NCBI GenBank assembly: GCA_001464665.1
Contig: LNDP01000023.1
Location: 158,157 to 222,156, forward strand
Direction: 5' to 3'
DNA from: Acidobacteria bacterium Ga0074141
Lineage (GTDB): Bacteria; Acidobacteriota; Blastocatellia; Pyrinomonadales; Pyrinomonadaceae
Length of the DNA: 64,000 nt
Under the pieces are notes generated by a model. That model was not told where the DNA came from. It was given only the letters and a program-made list of their open reading frames with translations, and made no database searches. The position numbers and the translations under genes are program-made. Of this stretch, positions 43,832 to 53,854 are shown in pieces. How positions within the stretch are numbered: the first letter of the stretch is position 1; each line of letters opens with the position of its first letter.

Positions 43832-45672
43832 TGCTTCTCCGCGGCGGCCAGAAGCGAAATGGTGAACGTGCTGCCTTTTCCGGGCACGCTCTCGACCTCG
43901 ACCGAACCGCCGTGTGCCGCCACTATCTCCTTAACGAGCGACAGACCAAGACCGTTCCCGCTTATCTGTGAATCGACCACCTGCCGTGCACGAAAGAACG
44001 GCTCAAAGATCTTTTTGAGATCTTTTTCCGCGATGCCGATGCCGTGATCCTTCACCGAGATGGCAACCCGCCCGTTTCCGTTCACGGCAGCAACCTCGAT
44101 CCGCGGAGTGCCGTTCGAATACTTAACGGCATTGTTGATAAGGTTCTGGATAGCGAGGCTCAAAGCTGTACGATCAGCGTTGATCATCGGCAAGGCCGCG
44201 GCAACCTCGATCTCGATCTCAGCGGGCAACCCATCGATCGCTCCCCGGCATTCGGTCACGACATCTCTGACGATCTCGCCGACATCAGCCGGCACAAAAT
44301 TGTACCGCCGCTTGCCCGAACGGGCTCCGGCAAATTCGAGTATCTGCTCGACCATCCCGGTCAGCTTGCGGCCCTCGCCTTTTATCAATTCGCCATATCG
44401 GGCGACCTGGTCGTCACTCCGGGCAACGCCATCAGCAAGGTTTTCGCCTGCTGAATAAATGACCGCGAGCGGCGTCCGAAACTCGTGCGAAACGCTCGAG
44501 ACAAAGTCCACCTGCTTTTGGGCGAACGTCCGTGCCCGGTTGGCCGAGATCGTAATCGCAAGAATACTTCCGACAAGCAGCAAATAGATGCCGGCACCGA
44601 TCGCCAGGTTTTTTCGCTCCTCGCTGCGGATGTAATCACCGATCGAGCCCGAGGCGTGCGTGACGTTCAGCTTCCAGGGCTGCTCGTCCGCTGGAGTTGC
44701 GATCACCGCACTTCGCTGGCGGACACCATCGTTGCTTCGCATCTCGAAAGTAAAAGTGCTGTCGCGTTCACGTGCCGGCGAGGGCGAGGTCGTCATGGTC
44801 GAGCTCTCGATCCGCTGATCGACGATCACGTTTGCCGGTGCGGCCATTCGCCGAGGAAGGTCAAGCTCGCGATTCGCAAAAAAGATCATCGTGTTCGGGC
44901 GAAGGTCGTAAAGCCCAGCGGACGCATCCGTTTCGGCCGCCGGATCTACATTGCCGAAGATCGGCGAGCCATTCTTGTCGGCGATTGCAACGCGATAATC
45001 GCCCGACGGAAAATGCTTTGCCGCAAGCTCGGGCAAGATCTTGCCGGTGATGACCGACCGCTCAAGCCGAACGACCATGTGGCCTTCATTCTTCGGCTCC
45101 TGCTCCGGCAATTCGACCGTCCGGCCAATGGCCGCGACGCGCGGTATCCGGTCAACAACGATCCGTTGTATCTGGCGCTCAAATGCGTGGACCGGCATCA
45201 CAAGCGTATCCAGGTCGTCGAGTATCGGCATCGGCCGCATCGCGGGCGAAGCGATTCGCTCCCGAATCCTTCCAAGCCGGTCGTCCGCCGCAAACTCTGT
45301 AAATTTCCCGGCTGATCCGTCATACCGTCGCGGCGGTGCCGACGCGTCAGCCGGCAAATAGATGATCTCGCGAACGAGTTCGGGATACGCCGTTTTCACC
45401 AGCCAGAACGCATAACGCTCGTTAAGCTCGGTCAGGTCGCCGCTTTTCAGAACCTCGGCGTTCAACTGAAAATTGAAATAGATCGACTGTATCTCGCGAT
45501 TAAAATCATCGGCAAAAGCCTTCGTGTCGGCCTCGGCCCGCCGCTGCATTCGCTCGCGTTCGGCCTCGCTCGCTTCGCGCATCCAGCGATACTGCAGCCC
45601 GAAAAAGAGCGTCAACACGGCGATCACTGCGGTCAGGATAAGATATGGCAGCCAGGTTCGTTTCATTCCCAT
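43828..45672 (-). CDS. sensor histidine kinase with large periplasmic domain
   Basis: Two TM helices flank a region of about 330 aa. It has the H-box SHEFRTPL, N-box NLINNAVKY, and G-boxes DHGIGI and GNGLGLSLV. It overlaps the regulator gene by 4 nt. Confidence 0.9.
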   Translation of the reverse strand: MGMKRTWLPYLILTAVIAVLTLFFGLQYRWMREASEAERERMQRRAEADTKAFADDFNREIQSIYFNFQLNAEVLKSGDLTELNERYAFWLVKTAYPELVREIIYLPADASAPPRRYDGSAGKFTEFAADDRLGRIRERIASPAMRPMPILDDLDTLVMPVHAFERQIQRIVVDRIPRVAAIGRTVELPEQEPKNEGHMVVRLERSVITGKILPELAAKHFPSGDYRVAIADKNGSPIFGNVDPAAETDASAGLYDLRPNTMIFFANRELDLPRRMAAPANVIVDQRIESSTMTTSPSPARERDSTFTFEMRSNDGVRQRSAVIATPADEQPWKLNVTHASGSIGDYIRSEERKNLAIGAGIYLLLVGSILAITISANRARTFAQKQVDFVSSVSHEFRTPLAVIYSAGENLADGVARSDDQVARYGELIKGEGRKLTGMVEQILEFAGARSGKRRYNFVPADVGEIVRDVVTECRGAIDGLPAEIEIEVAAALPMINADRTALSLAIQNLINNAVKYSNGTPRIEVAAVNGNGRVAISVKDHGIGIAEKDLKKIFEPFFRARQVVDSQISGNGLGLSLVKEIVAAHGGSVEVESVPGKGSTFTISLLAAAEKQ

Positions 45673-45929
45673 CGAACGCGGGATGTTGCACGATCTCGCG
45701 TTTTGAGTTCATTATGCAACTATGCGCGGAGGCCGGACAATACGTTTTCGGCAGATTTTACATCCTTTACAATTTCTTTGCGTTCTCTTAACCACTTGCC
45801 GCGGCTTCGGTGCGATTATCGGTTCTATCGTAGGCGGCGGTTGGCAATACTAGCTTGAGTCCTCCTGACCTGATGCTGAGAGAAGAAGCTGCCGCCTGCG
45901 AGCAAGATCAAAATAATTTGGAGGCACGA

Positions 45930-47069
45930 ATGAAACGATTCATAACAACGATCGCAGTCGCAACAATATTCTTCGCCGGACTCGGCGCAATTGCAGAAAA
46001 GGCCGGAGCCAGTTTCAAGTCCGACCAAAAGGCACTTGAGATCGTCGCCAAGGCGCGACAGGCGATCGGCGGCGATGCGGCCATCGCCCAGGTCCAGAGC
46101 ATGGTCATCGTCGGCCGCTCAACACACACCATCAAGATCGGCGATACGGAACGCACCGAGCAGGGCGAGACCGAGCTCGCACTGCAATTCCCCGATAAGC
46201 TCCAGAAGAGCGTAAAGATCGGTGACCCATCGGCCGCGGCCGGCGATGCTCATGTGATCAAGGAACGTGACGTCGTCGTCATCCGCAAGGGAGAAGGAGC
46301 CGAGTTTAAGGTCGATGGCGGCAACGGTGAATTTACGACGTCGGACGGAAAGAAGATCATTGTCCGCAGGGCTGAACCAGGAACGGGCGAGGTCGTCGGT
46401 CCGGACGGCAAGACATTCGTCTTCAAGAGAGGCGAAGCGGGCAATGCCGAATTCACGACCGAAGACGGCAAGAAGGTGATCGTTCGTGCTGTGCCGCAAG
46501 GCGAATTCGAGTGGAAAGCCCGCGAAGGCGCGGAGAATCATGTAATGCATCGTGCCGGCGGCGTTCGTCACAATGAACTTCTCCGCATCGGCCTGATGCT
46601 TCTCGCGACGGCTCCGCTGGGCATCGATGTTTCATATACCTTCGAGGGCGAAGGCAACGTTGACGGAACGCACGTGAACATCGTCGCGGCGTCGTTTGCC
46701 GGCTCGGTCTATCGAATGCACATCGACAAATTCACGAATCTCCCGGTTGCCATCGGATACACCGGCGGCCCAATGCCGCACGTGATCCGCTTGAACAAAG
46801 GCGAAGGTCCGGCTGACGCCAAAGACGTAGTCGTTTTTACCCGCAGAATGGAATCCGAGCCCGCCACTGCCGAAACGCTCGTCAAGCTCTCTGACTTCCG
46901 CTCGACCGGCAGCGTTCAGCTTCCCTATCGCTGGACCACGACCACCGGCGGACGCACGACGGAGGTTTTCGACGTCACTTCCTTTGAAGTAAACCCGGCC
47001 AACATCGCCGAACGCTTCAAGGACCAAAAGATGATCCTCCGAATGGCAAAACCCGCAGAGAAGAACTAG
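45930..47069 (+). CDS. hypothetical secreted protein with internal repeats
   Basis: GGAGG RBS and the signal peptide MKRFITTIAVATIFFAGLGAIA. It has an internal duplicated unit G.G(N)(A/G)EFTT(S/E)DGKK(I/V)IVR. It is divergent from the two-component operon. Confidence 0.6.
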   Translation: MKRFITTIAVATIFFAGLGAIAEKAGASFKSDQKALEIVAKARQAIGGDAAIAQVQSMVIVGRSTHTIKIGDTERTEQGETELALQFPDKLQKSVKIGDPSAAAGDAHVIKERDVVVIRKGEGAEFKVDGGNGEFTTSDGKKIIVRRAEPGTGEVVGPDGKTFVFKRGEAGNAEFTTEDGKKVIVRAVPQGEFEWKAREGAENHVMHRAGGVRHNELLRIGLMLLATAPLGIDVSYTFEGEGNVDGTHVNIVAASFAGSVYRMHIDKFTNLPVAIGYTGGPMPHVIRLNKGEGPADAKDVVVFTRRMESEPATAETLVKLSDFRSTGSVQLPYRWTTTTGGRTTEVFDVTSFEVNPANIAERFKDQKMILRMAKPAEKN

Positions 47070-47093
47070 TTGTTCGTCTCTGAAAGACAAAAG

Positions 47094-47123
47094 TCCCCGG
47101 CATCGCTAACGCCTTGCCGGGGA
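47094..47123. terminator. bidirectional terminator between 45930..47069 and recQ
   Basis: TCCCCGGCA tcgctaacgcct TGCCGGGGA flanked by AAAAG on one side and TTTTATT on the other. Confidence 0.8.
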
Positions 47124-47125
47124 TT

Positions 47126-49288
47126 TTATTCTTCCTTGATCAGGTCTTCCATCACCGCACGAATCTCGCCGTAGCTGAAATCATCGCCCAGGTATTCCTT
47201 GACCGGCGAGATCTGATTCTCGACCTTGAGCTCGATGAGTGCTTTTCGGATCGCCTCGATCTTCGCGGGCTCGACGATCTCATCGACCCTTACCCGCCCA
47301 TCGGCGATAAACCGGCACAAATGATTCTCGATCGTGCTCACCGCAAGTCCTCGCACCTTTGCTATCTCGGCGATCGATTTCCCCTCGCGAAACATATTGT
47401 AGGTCGTCGAAAAAGTGTCGCCCGCGGTCGGCTTTCGCTTCGCCTTCGCCGCCGAACGGACCGGCCCGCGTCGCTCGTCGATCTTTGACCCGAGCCCGTT
47501 CTTTTCAGAGTAGCTTTTGATCACCTCGAGAAATGCCGGGCAGTATTTATCGAGCTTGAACGCCCCGATTCCCGAGAGCTTTTGCATCTCGCTCATGTCC
47601 TGCGGAAGAAATGCCGCCATCTCGATCAGCGTTGCATCGGAAAAAATGACGTAAGGCGGAACGTCCTCGCCGTCTGCGAGCCGCATCCGAACGCGGCGGA
47701 GTTCCTCGAAAAGATCCTTTTCAAAATCCATCGCTTCGCCTGCCGTTCGGCGAAGATCGACTTGCGTCAGTTTGTGCAGATCCACCTTTCGCGAGCCAGC
47801 CAAAACCTCCATGCCCGCTTTGGTGACCGAGAGCGTTGGATATTGCCCCGAAGATTTGAGCAGGAATCTCTGCTCCGTCAGGTCCTTGAAATACGAAAAC
47901 CAATCGTCTTTCGAAATGTCGGCACCGACCCCGTAGGTTTTGAGGTTCATATGTTCGAGCCGCATTTTCTGCGACTTCGACCCGCGAAGCAGGTCGACCA
48001 AATAGCCTGTTCCGAAAACCTGCCCGGTCCTTACGGCAGCACTCAATGCTTTTTGCGCGATGATCGTCCCGTCAAACGTTTCGAACTCGGTATTGCAGTT
48101 GTCGCAGTTCCCGCAGTCACCTTCGAACGCCTCGGAAAAATACGCTAAAAGATACCGCCGCCGGCACGTCCGCAGCTCGCCAAACTCGGCCATTTGGTCA
48201 AGCTTTCTGAGCATCACTTCGCTCTGCGTCGCGTCGCCTTCGACCTCCGCGAATCCCTTCAGTTTCAGCACGTCCGCGATCGAATAAAACAGCAGCGCAT
48301 CGCTCGGAAGCCCGTCTCGCCCGGCTCTGCCGGTTTCCTGATAGTAGCTCTCGATATTTTTCGGCAGGTCCATATGGACAACAAACCGAACGTTCGATTT
48401 GTCGATGCCCATCCCGAACGCGATAGTCGCGACGACGATCTTAGCTTCGTCATTCAAAAACGCATTCTGGTTGTGCTCGCGGACGCTCCTTTCGAGCCCC
48501 GCGTGATACGGCAACGCGGCGTAGCCCTCGGCGCGAAGGTCCTCGGCAACCCGTTCGACCGACGCACGGCTAAGGCAATACACGATGCCGCTCTCGTCCT
48601 TTCGCGTCTGTAAAAATTCCAGCAGCCGGTAAAACGAATCACGCTTCGGCTCGACCGTGTATTTAATGTTCGGCCGGTTAAAGCTCGAGACAAACACATC
48701 CGCATCGGGGATCGAAAGATGGCGGAGAATGTCCTCCCGAACAAGGTCATCGGCGGTGGCCGTCAGGGCGATCAACGGCACGCCGGGAAACTCGCGTTTC
48801 AGCACCGAGAGCCGCTGATACTCCGGCCGAAAATCGTGCCCCCAGCTTGAGATGCAGTGTGCCTCGTCGATTGCGAAGAGCGAGACAGTTATCGTAGAGA
48901 GAAAATCGAGAAACCGGTCACCGCTCTGAAGCAAACGCTCGGGCGCGACATAGAGCAGTTTCAATTCGCCGGACCGGACAGCTCGAAAGACCTCTACCTG
49001 TTCGGCGGCGGTCTGCATCGAGTTCAGATACCCGGCATTGATGCCATAGCTCCGCAAGGCATCGACCTGATCTTTCATCAACGCGATCAGCGGCGATATG
49101 ACAAGCGTAAGCCCGTCAAAGATCATCGCCGGTATCTGATAACAGACGGACTTGCCGCCGCCCGTCGGCATCAGGAGCAGGCAATCGCGCCGCGCAAGCA
49201 CGGCCTCGATCGCCGGCTGCTGATGCATCCGAAAGTCGTTGTAGCCGAAACGGGTCTTCAGTATTTCTTGAGCTTGGGAAATGGTCAT
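47126..49288 (-). CDS. recQ: ATP-dependent DNA helicase RecQ
   Basis: TGGGKS, DEAHCISSWGHDFRP, the RQC zinc cluster CGNCDNC, HRDC, and a C-terminal HTH extension. Confidence 0.95.
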   Translation of the reverse strand: MTISQAQEILKTRFGYNDFRMHQQPAIEAVLARRDCLLLMPTGGGKSVCYQIPAMIFDGLTLVISPLIALMKDQVDALRSYGINAGYLNSMQTAAEQVEVFRAVRSGELKLLYVAPERLLQSGDRFLDFLSTITVSLFAIDEAHCISSWGHDFRPEYQRLSVLKREFPGVPLIALTATADDLVREDILRHLSIPDADVFVSSFNRPNIKYTVEPKRDSFYRLLEFLQTRKDESGIVYCLSRASVERVAEDLRAEGYAALPYHAGLERSVREHNQNAFLNDEAKIVVATIAFGMGIDKSNVRFVVHMDLPKNIESYYQETGRAGRDGLPSDALLFYSIADVLKLKGFAEVEGDATQSEVMLRKLDQMAEFGELRTCRRRYLLAYFSEAFEGDCGNCDNCNTEFETFDGTIIAQKALSAAVRTGQVFGTGYLVDLLRGSKSQKMRLEHMNLKTYGVGADISKDDWFSYFKDLTEQRFLLKSSGQYPTLSVTKAGMEVLAGSRKVDLHKLTQVDLRRTAGEAMDFEKDLFEELRRVRMRLADGEDVPPYVIFSDATLIEMAAFLPQDMSEMQKLSGIGAFKLDKYCPAFLEVIKSYSEKNGLGSKIDERRGPVRSAAKAKRKPTAGDTFSTTYNMFREGKSIAEIAKVRGLAVSTIENHLCRFIADGRVRVDEIVEPAKIEAIRKALIELKVENQISPVKEYLGDDFSYGEIRAVMEDLIKEE

Positions 49289-49315
49289 CGCTGAATCGGA
49301 GTTCGCGGATAAGCG

Positions 49316-50356
49316 TTATGAACCGGCCGCCTTCTGACCTTCGCGAAGTTTTGCTGCGATCGCCGGGATGATCTTTCGCGGTGCATCTATCGCGGCTTTG
49401 ATGTGGCGCTTGTTCGTGAAGTGCCCGGCCACGTAAATCCCCGGGACATTTGTTTCGTGGGTCTTCGGGTCATAGACGGGAACATCGCCGTATTTTCCGC
49501 GTTCGGTTTCGACGCCGAGCGACCGGAGCATCGTCAGGTCGGCATCCGAACCGATGAGCACGAAAACTACATCGTTCTCAAGCACGACGCGTTCGCCGGA
49601 TTCGCTTTCGAGTTCGACCTCGCTTTCGCGGATCTCGACCACCTTGCCCAGAAAAAAGAGGCTGAGGCAATGCTGTTTTAGCTCCTCTTCAAGCGGCTGC
49701 CTGACCCAATATTTAATGCAGCCCTGCTTCGGGTCGGTGTTTTCCCAATCGTCGCGAAAGATGGCGAGCGTCGTCTCGGCACCTTCCTGAGCCAGAAAAA
49801 GTGCAGCCTCGCCCGCCGAATTTCCGCCGCCGACGACCAGTGCCTTTTTCTTCACCCAGGGATAGGTCTCGCGAAAAAGATCGCGAACCTTTGACAGATC
49901 ATCCCCCGGCACACCCAGCCGCCGCGGATGATCCATCGCCCCGATCGCAAAAAGCACATTCCGAGCAGCATAGTCGCCCTTGTCCGTAACGACACAAAAG
50001 CTCCCCTCCTTACGAAGGAGGGGTGCCGACGCTTCGTCGGCGGGGTGGTTCTCTTCGCGTCGCACTTCCAGAACTGTCTCTTCGGTCCTCACGTCCAGCT
50101 CATTCTCCAAAACAAACCGCACGTAATACGAAAGCAACTCTTCCCGCGTCGGCTTCTCCCTCGCCGGTTTCAGGTCGCCCTCACCGAACTCAAGCTCATT
50201 CACCGTCGAAAAAACCGTCAGCCCGACCGGGTAATTATAGATCGTATTCCCGATCAGGCCCTTTTCGATGACAACGTAATCGAGCCCCGCCTGCTTCGCC
50301 TCAAACGCCGCCGAGATCCCCGCGGGCCCCGCCCCGATAATGATCAAATCGTACAT
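49316..50356 (-). CDS. FAD/NAD(P)-dependent disulfide oxidoreductase, YpdA-like, with in-frame palindromic insert
   Basis: DLIIIGAGPAGISAA dinucleotide fold, IYNYP..LTVFS (YpdA-like) and a second GGGNSAGEAA fold. An insert ...EENHPADEASAPLLRKEGS... is encoded by two perfect hairpins. Confidence 0.8.
   Translation of the reverse strand: MYDLIIIGAGPAGISAAFEAKQAGLDYVVIEKGLIGNTIYNYPVGLTVFSTVNELEFGEGDLKPAREKPTREELLSYYVRFVLENELDVRTEETVLEVRREENHPADEASAPLLRKEGSFCVVTDKGDYAARNVLFAIGAMDHPRRLGVPGDDLSKVRDLFRETYPWVKKKALVVGGGNSAGEAALFLAQEGAETTLAIFRDDWENTDPKQGCIKYWVRQPLEEELKQHCLSLFFLGKVVEIRESEVELESESGERVVLENDVVFVLIGSDADLTMLRSLGVETERGKYGDVPVYDPKTHETNVPGIYVAGHFTNKRHIKAAIDAPRKIIPAIAAKLREGQKAAGS
50003..50041 (-). 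repeat. intragenic double perfect hairpin (possibly related to type B repeat)
   Basis: The first hairpin is CCCCTCCTT-ACG-AAGGAGGGG (9 bp) and the second is GCCGACG-CTT-CGTCGGC (7 bp). On the sense strand the unit starts GAACC and has a CGTAAG centre like type B. Confidence 0.6.
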
Positions 50357-50388
50357 ATTGAGAACAGCTGTTAGTTAATAGCCGTTAG

Positions 50389-50676
50389 CTATAAGCTATC
50401 GTTCGAACCTGATTCAAGCGCTTTAAGATTTTCGGTGAATTTTTCGATCTGCAGCTTCGTGTTTTCCATGTTTCGCTTTGATTCCATGTACCTCTCCCAT
50501 TCGCTGGTCATGGTCAGTGCTTTCGTCACGTCCTCATCCAGCGCATGGGCTGCTGCCACCAGCAGATCGCTCAAAGCCTCATTCGCCTCCAGCAGCGACT
50601 GAATGATCGTATAAGCCAACTTCGCATTCGGTAGGTCGATATCAAGCTCACCTTTGTTCATCTGTGCAACATTCAC
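50389..50676 (-). CDS. small helical hypothetical protein
   Basis: 95-aa ORF with an acidic helical composition. No recognisable motif. Confidence 0.5.
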   Translation of the reverse strand: MNVAQMNKGELDIDLPNAKLAYTIIQSLLEANEALSDLLVAAAHALDEDVTKALTMTSEWERYMESKRNMENTKLQIEKFTENLKALESGSNDSL

Positions 50677-50727
50677 GTTTTTGTCCTATTTTCTTATTTT
50701 CTTCTTTCGTGGTTTATCTAAAGGGGC

Positions 50728-51123
50728 CTAGATCACAAGCTTCTTCCATTCCAGTCGCCCGTGGCTCCCGAAATTGAAGAGTAACCCGACTCGCTTGTGG
50801 CTTACTTTCAAGTAGTTTATCACTTGAGCCCAGTCGATCGGCGAAAGGCTGTTGACTGCCTTGATCTCAACAATGACCTCCTCAAAACAAAGGAAATCCG
50901 CCACATATTCTCTATCCAGCGGATAGCCCTTGTATTCGATCTGAAACCGAGCCTGCTCTCGAAAAGGTACCCCACGCATCCCAAGCTCGATGGATAAAGC
51001 CTTTTGATAAACCCCTTCCAGAAATCCCGGCCCGAGCTTGTAGTAGACCTCCATCGCGGCCCCGACAACCTGATATGTTTCCGCAGGGAAATATATTTTT
51101 TCGGGATCTTCGAATTCATGCAT
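50728..51123 (-). CDS. GxxExxY family protein (PD-(D/E)XK-like)
   Basis: GPGFLEGVYQKAL contains the eponymous G-x-x-E-x-x-Y. The motifs D...EVIVEIK and WAQVINYLK fit the family. Size is 131 aa. Confidence 0.8.
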   Translation of the reverse strand: MHEFEDPEKIYFPAETYQVVGAAMEVYYKLGPGFLEGVYQKALSIELGMRGVPFREQARFQIEYKGYPLDREYVADFLCFEEVIVEIKAVNSLSPIDWAQVINYLKVSHKRVGLLFNFGSHGRLEWKKLVI

Positions 51124-51223
51124 ATTCCTTAAGCTCCTCCATCCGCCGAAAGTAATTAACCACGAAATAGGAAAAAAAGAAAAATCAATTCAAATCGTGC
51201 ACTTCAAGCCCGATGAAAATATC

Positions 51224-52114
51224 CTACTCGATGAATGGCAATGTTTTTACTGTTGCATTGTGTTCCCCTATCTTCAGCTCCGTGCCTTCAGGAAGATGAT
51301 CGTATCGAACGAAGGCGAGTGCAATATGCTTTTCGAGCTGCGGCGAGTAGGTGGTCGAGGTGATCCGTCCCGCGTTTTTGCCGTCCGGAGATGTCAGGTC
51401 CGATCCGGTCGTAATCGCTCCGGGTTCTGACATGATCAGCCCGGTAAGCTGCTTCGCGACGTGGCCGCGGAAGTGAATTCGGGCGATGATCTCCTGCCCG
51501 ATGTAACAGCCTTTGTTGTATGAGATGAGGCCGTCGAGCCCGAGCTCGGGGACGATCGTCGTCTCGTCCATATCAACGCCATAGAGCGGAATACCGTTTT
51601 CTATGCGGAGCGTTTCATAGATCTCGTCCGAGATCGAGACGACCTCAAGCTGGCCAAGAGTCTCTAAAAACGCGTCTGCAAACTCGCTACCGACAAAACA
51701 TCCGACGCTTCTTCCGCCTTCGTATCGAACGCCACCTTCGCCAAGCTCGATCGGCGGGACGTAGCCAAAAAACTCGAAATAGCGAAACTGAGCCGTCAGG
51801 TCCTCGACAAAGAAATCACCCGCAAACGTGAACCGAAACAGATTCTGGTATACCTTTTCCCGCGTCGCCTCTTCGGTCTCGATCAGGAACCGCTCGCCCT
51901 GCCGAAGCACTCGGACGACCGCAAGCAGCCGCCCCTGCGCATTCGGAAACGCGGCCAGCATCTGCATCCCGTCGTCGAGCGTTTTCATGTCGTTGGTGAT
52001 CATCCCGTCAAGGAACGGAACCGCCTCTTTGCCCCAAACGGCGATCAGCCCGCGATCATGTTCGTAATACCCGGTTCCGCCCGTGCGGATGTGGTTGTAG
52101 ATATCTATATCCAT
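51224..52114 (-). CDS. ygfZ: folate-binding YgfZ-type protein (GcvT-like)
   Basis: NKGCYIGQEIIARI is the conserved K-G-C-Y-x-G-Q-E motif. Length is about 296 aa. Confidence 0.85.
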   Translation of the reverse strand: MDIDIYNHIRTGGTGYYEHDRGLIAVWGKEAVPFLDGMITNDMKTLDDGMQMLAAFPNAQGRLLAVVRVLRQGERFLIETEEATREKVYQNLFRFTFAGDFFVEDLTAQFRYFEFFGYVPPIELGEGGVRYEGGRSVGCFVGSEFADAFLETLGQLEVVSISDEIYETLRIENGIPLYGVDMDETTIVPELGLDGLISYNKGCYIGQEIIARIHFRGHVAKQLTGLIMSEPGAITTGSDLTSPDGKNAGRITSTTYSPQLEKHIALAFVRYDHLPEGTELKIGEHNATVKTLPFIE

Positions 52115-52123
52115 TTGATTCGA

Positions 52124-52714
52124 TTATATAAGTTCGCCGAGCCGTCCGAAATGCTCAAGCTGCAGACCTAACCCGCGTTGGGCGGCAATGACCTGCGGGC
52201 TCGGGTGATAAAGCGGAATAAGCACGCGGCCAAACCAATCAACGGGCCTTCCGGCATCGGCCGCAAGTTTGAGCGCGTGTGGCTCCAATACTTTGATCGC
52301 ATCAAGAGCAACATTCCCAAGCGTTGCAATCACCGGTGGATCGATCAATTCGACCGTCCGCCTGAGAAATGCGGAGCAATTCCTGATCTCGCCCCGCGTC
52401 GGCTTTCGGTTCGCGTCCGTCGCGGTCCGCGGGCTGCACATAACGGCGTTCGTGATAAATATTTCTTCCCGCGTCAGCCCGATCGAATCGAGCAGCTTCT
52501 GAAAGTTCTCGCCCGATTTGTCGCCGTAAAAAGGCCGCCGAGTTCGGTCGGCTCCCTGCCGCCCCGGTGCCTCGGCAACAAACATTACCCGCGGCCCGAG
52601 CGTGCCGTTCAATTCGCTCAGCACCGCTGCCTTGTCCGCAAGCTCCGGGCAAACGCGACACGCCGCCGCCTCACGGCAAAGCGATGCAAAGAGTTTTCGC
52701 TTGGACAATCCCAT
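52124..52714 (-). CDS. uracil-DNA glycosylase superfamily protein (family 4/5-like)
   Basis: Motif A FVAEAPG, motif B LYHPSPQ, and N-terminal Cys residues (CRVCPEL) compatible with a 4Fe-4S cluster. Confidence 0.8.
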   Translation of the reverse strand: MGLSKRKLFASLCREAAACRVCPELADKAAVLSELNGTLGPRVMFVAEAPGRQGADRTRRPFYGDKSGENFQKLLDSIGLTREEIFITNAVMCSPRTATDANRKPTRGEIRNCSAFLRRTVELIDPPVIATLGNVALDAIKVLEPHALKLAADAGRPVDWFGRVLIPLYHPSPQVIAAQRGLGLQLEHFGRLGELI

Positions 52715-52768
52715 ATCCGAATTTGATAGAATAGCTTTTTACGAAAAGTATCAGAAACCAAATAAACA

Positions 52769-53854
52769 ATGAGTCAAATTACCGAACAGCAAGTTTTGGA
52801 TTCGCTAAAGCAGATCATCGACCCCGATCTTAGAAAAGACATCGTAACGCTCGGCTTTATCCGTGATGTTGTGATCAACGGCGGCGAGGTCTCGTTCCGC
52901 GTCGTGCTGACTACGCCGGCCTGCCCGGTCAAAGAGCAGATGGAAACCGATGCACACACGATCGTCTCGGGGCTTGAGGGCGTAACCTCCGTTAAGGTAA
53001 CGATGGATGCCGAAGTTCCGCAGGGCCGCGGCATTGCAAACAACGTCGCAATTCCCGGCGTCAAGAACATCATTGCCATCTCGTCCGGCAAGGGCGGCGT
53101 CGGCAAATCGACCGTGGCCGTCAACCTTGCCGTCGCTCTCGCACAGAACGGCGCAAAGGTCGGCATCATGGACGCCGACGTTTACGGGCCGAATGTTCCG
53201 ATGATGCTCGGCACCGGTTACGACCAACCAGAGGTCGTCGGCGGCCAGCTCAAGCCCATCGAGGCCTATGGCGTAAAGATGATCTCGATGGCGGTGCTCG
53301 TTCCGCCTGATAAGCCGATGATCCTCCGCGGCCCGATGCTCCATGGCGTCGTGCGGCAGTTTTTGACGGACGTGAACTGGGGCGAGCTTGATTATCTGAT
53401 CGTCGATATGCCGCCGGGCACCGGTGATGTGCAGCTCTCGCTTGCCCAGCTCGTTCCGGTGCAAGGTGCGGTTCTCGTCACGACGCCGCAGGAGGTCTCG
53501 CTCTCTGACGTCCGCCGTGCCGTGAAGATGTTTGAGCAGGTCGCGGTTCCGGTGCTCGGCGTTATCGAAAATATGTCGTACTTCATTGCCCCTGATACCG
53601 GCACGAAATACGAGATCTTCGGCAAAGGCGGCGGCGAAAAGATCGCTGCCGAGTACGGCCTCAATTTCCTCGGGCAGATCCCGATCGGGCTCGAGGTCCG
53701 CGAGGGCGGCGATACCGGCCGCCCGGTCGTCGCCTCGGCACCCGATTCGCCGCAGGCCGCCGCCATCCGCAAGGTTGCCGAAGAGGTCGCCCGCTACGTC
53801 TCGATCGAAGCAATGAAACCGGAACTCAAGATCTTTTCACGCAGTAACGCATGA
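52769..53854 (+). CDS. apbC: Mrp/NBP35 family Fe-S cluster carrier ATPase ApbC
   Basis: N-terminal DUF59 ([14 protein letters not shown]), deviant Walker [11 protein letters not shown], and the DMPPGTGD motif. Confidence 0.92.
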   Translation: MSQITEQQVLDSLKQIIDPDLRKDIVTLGFIRDVVINGGEVSFRVVLTTPACPVKEQMETDAHTIVSGLEGVTSVKVTMDAEVPQGRGIANNVAIPGVKNIIAISSGKGGVGKSTVAVNLAVALAQNGAKVGIMDADVYGPNVPMMLGTGYDQPEVVGGQLKPIEAYGVKMISMAVLVPPDKPMILRGPMLHGVVRQFLTDVNWGELDYLIVDMPPGTGDVQLSLAQLVPVQGAVLVTTPQEVSLSDVRRAVKMFEQVAVPVLGVIENMSYFIAPDTGTKYEIFGKGGGEKIAAEYGLNFLGQIPIGLEVREGGDTGRPVVASAPDSPQAAAIRKVAEEVARYVSIEAMKPELKIFSRSNA

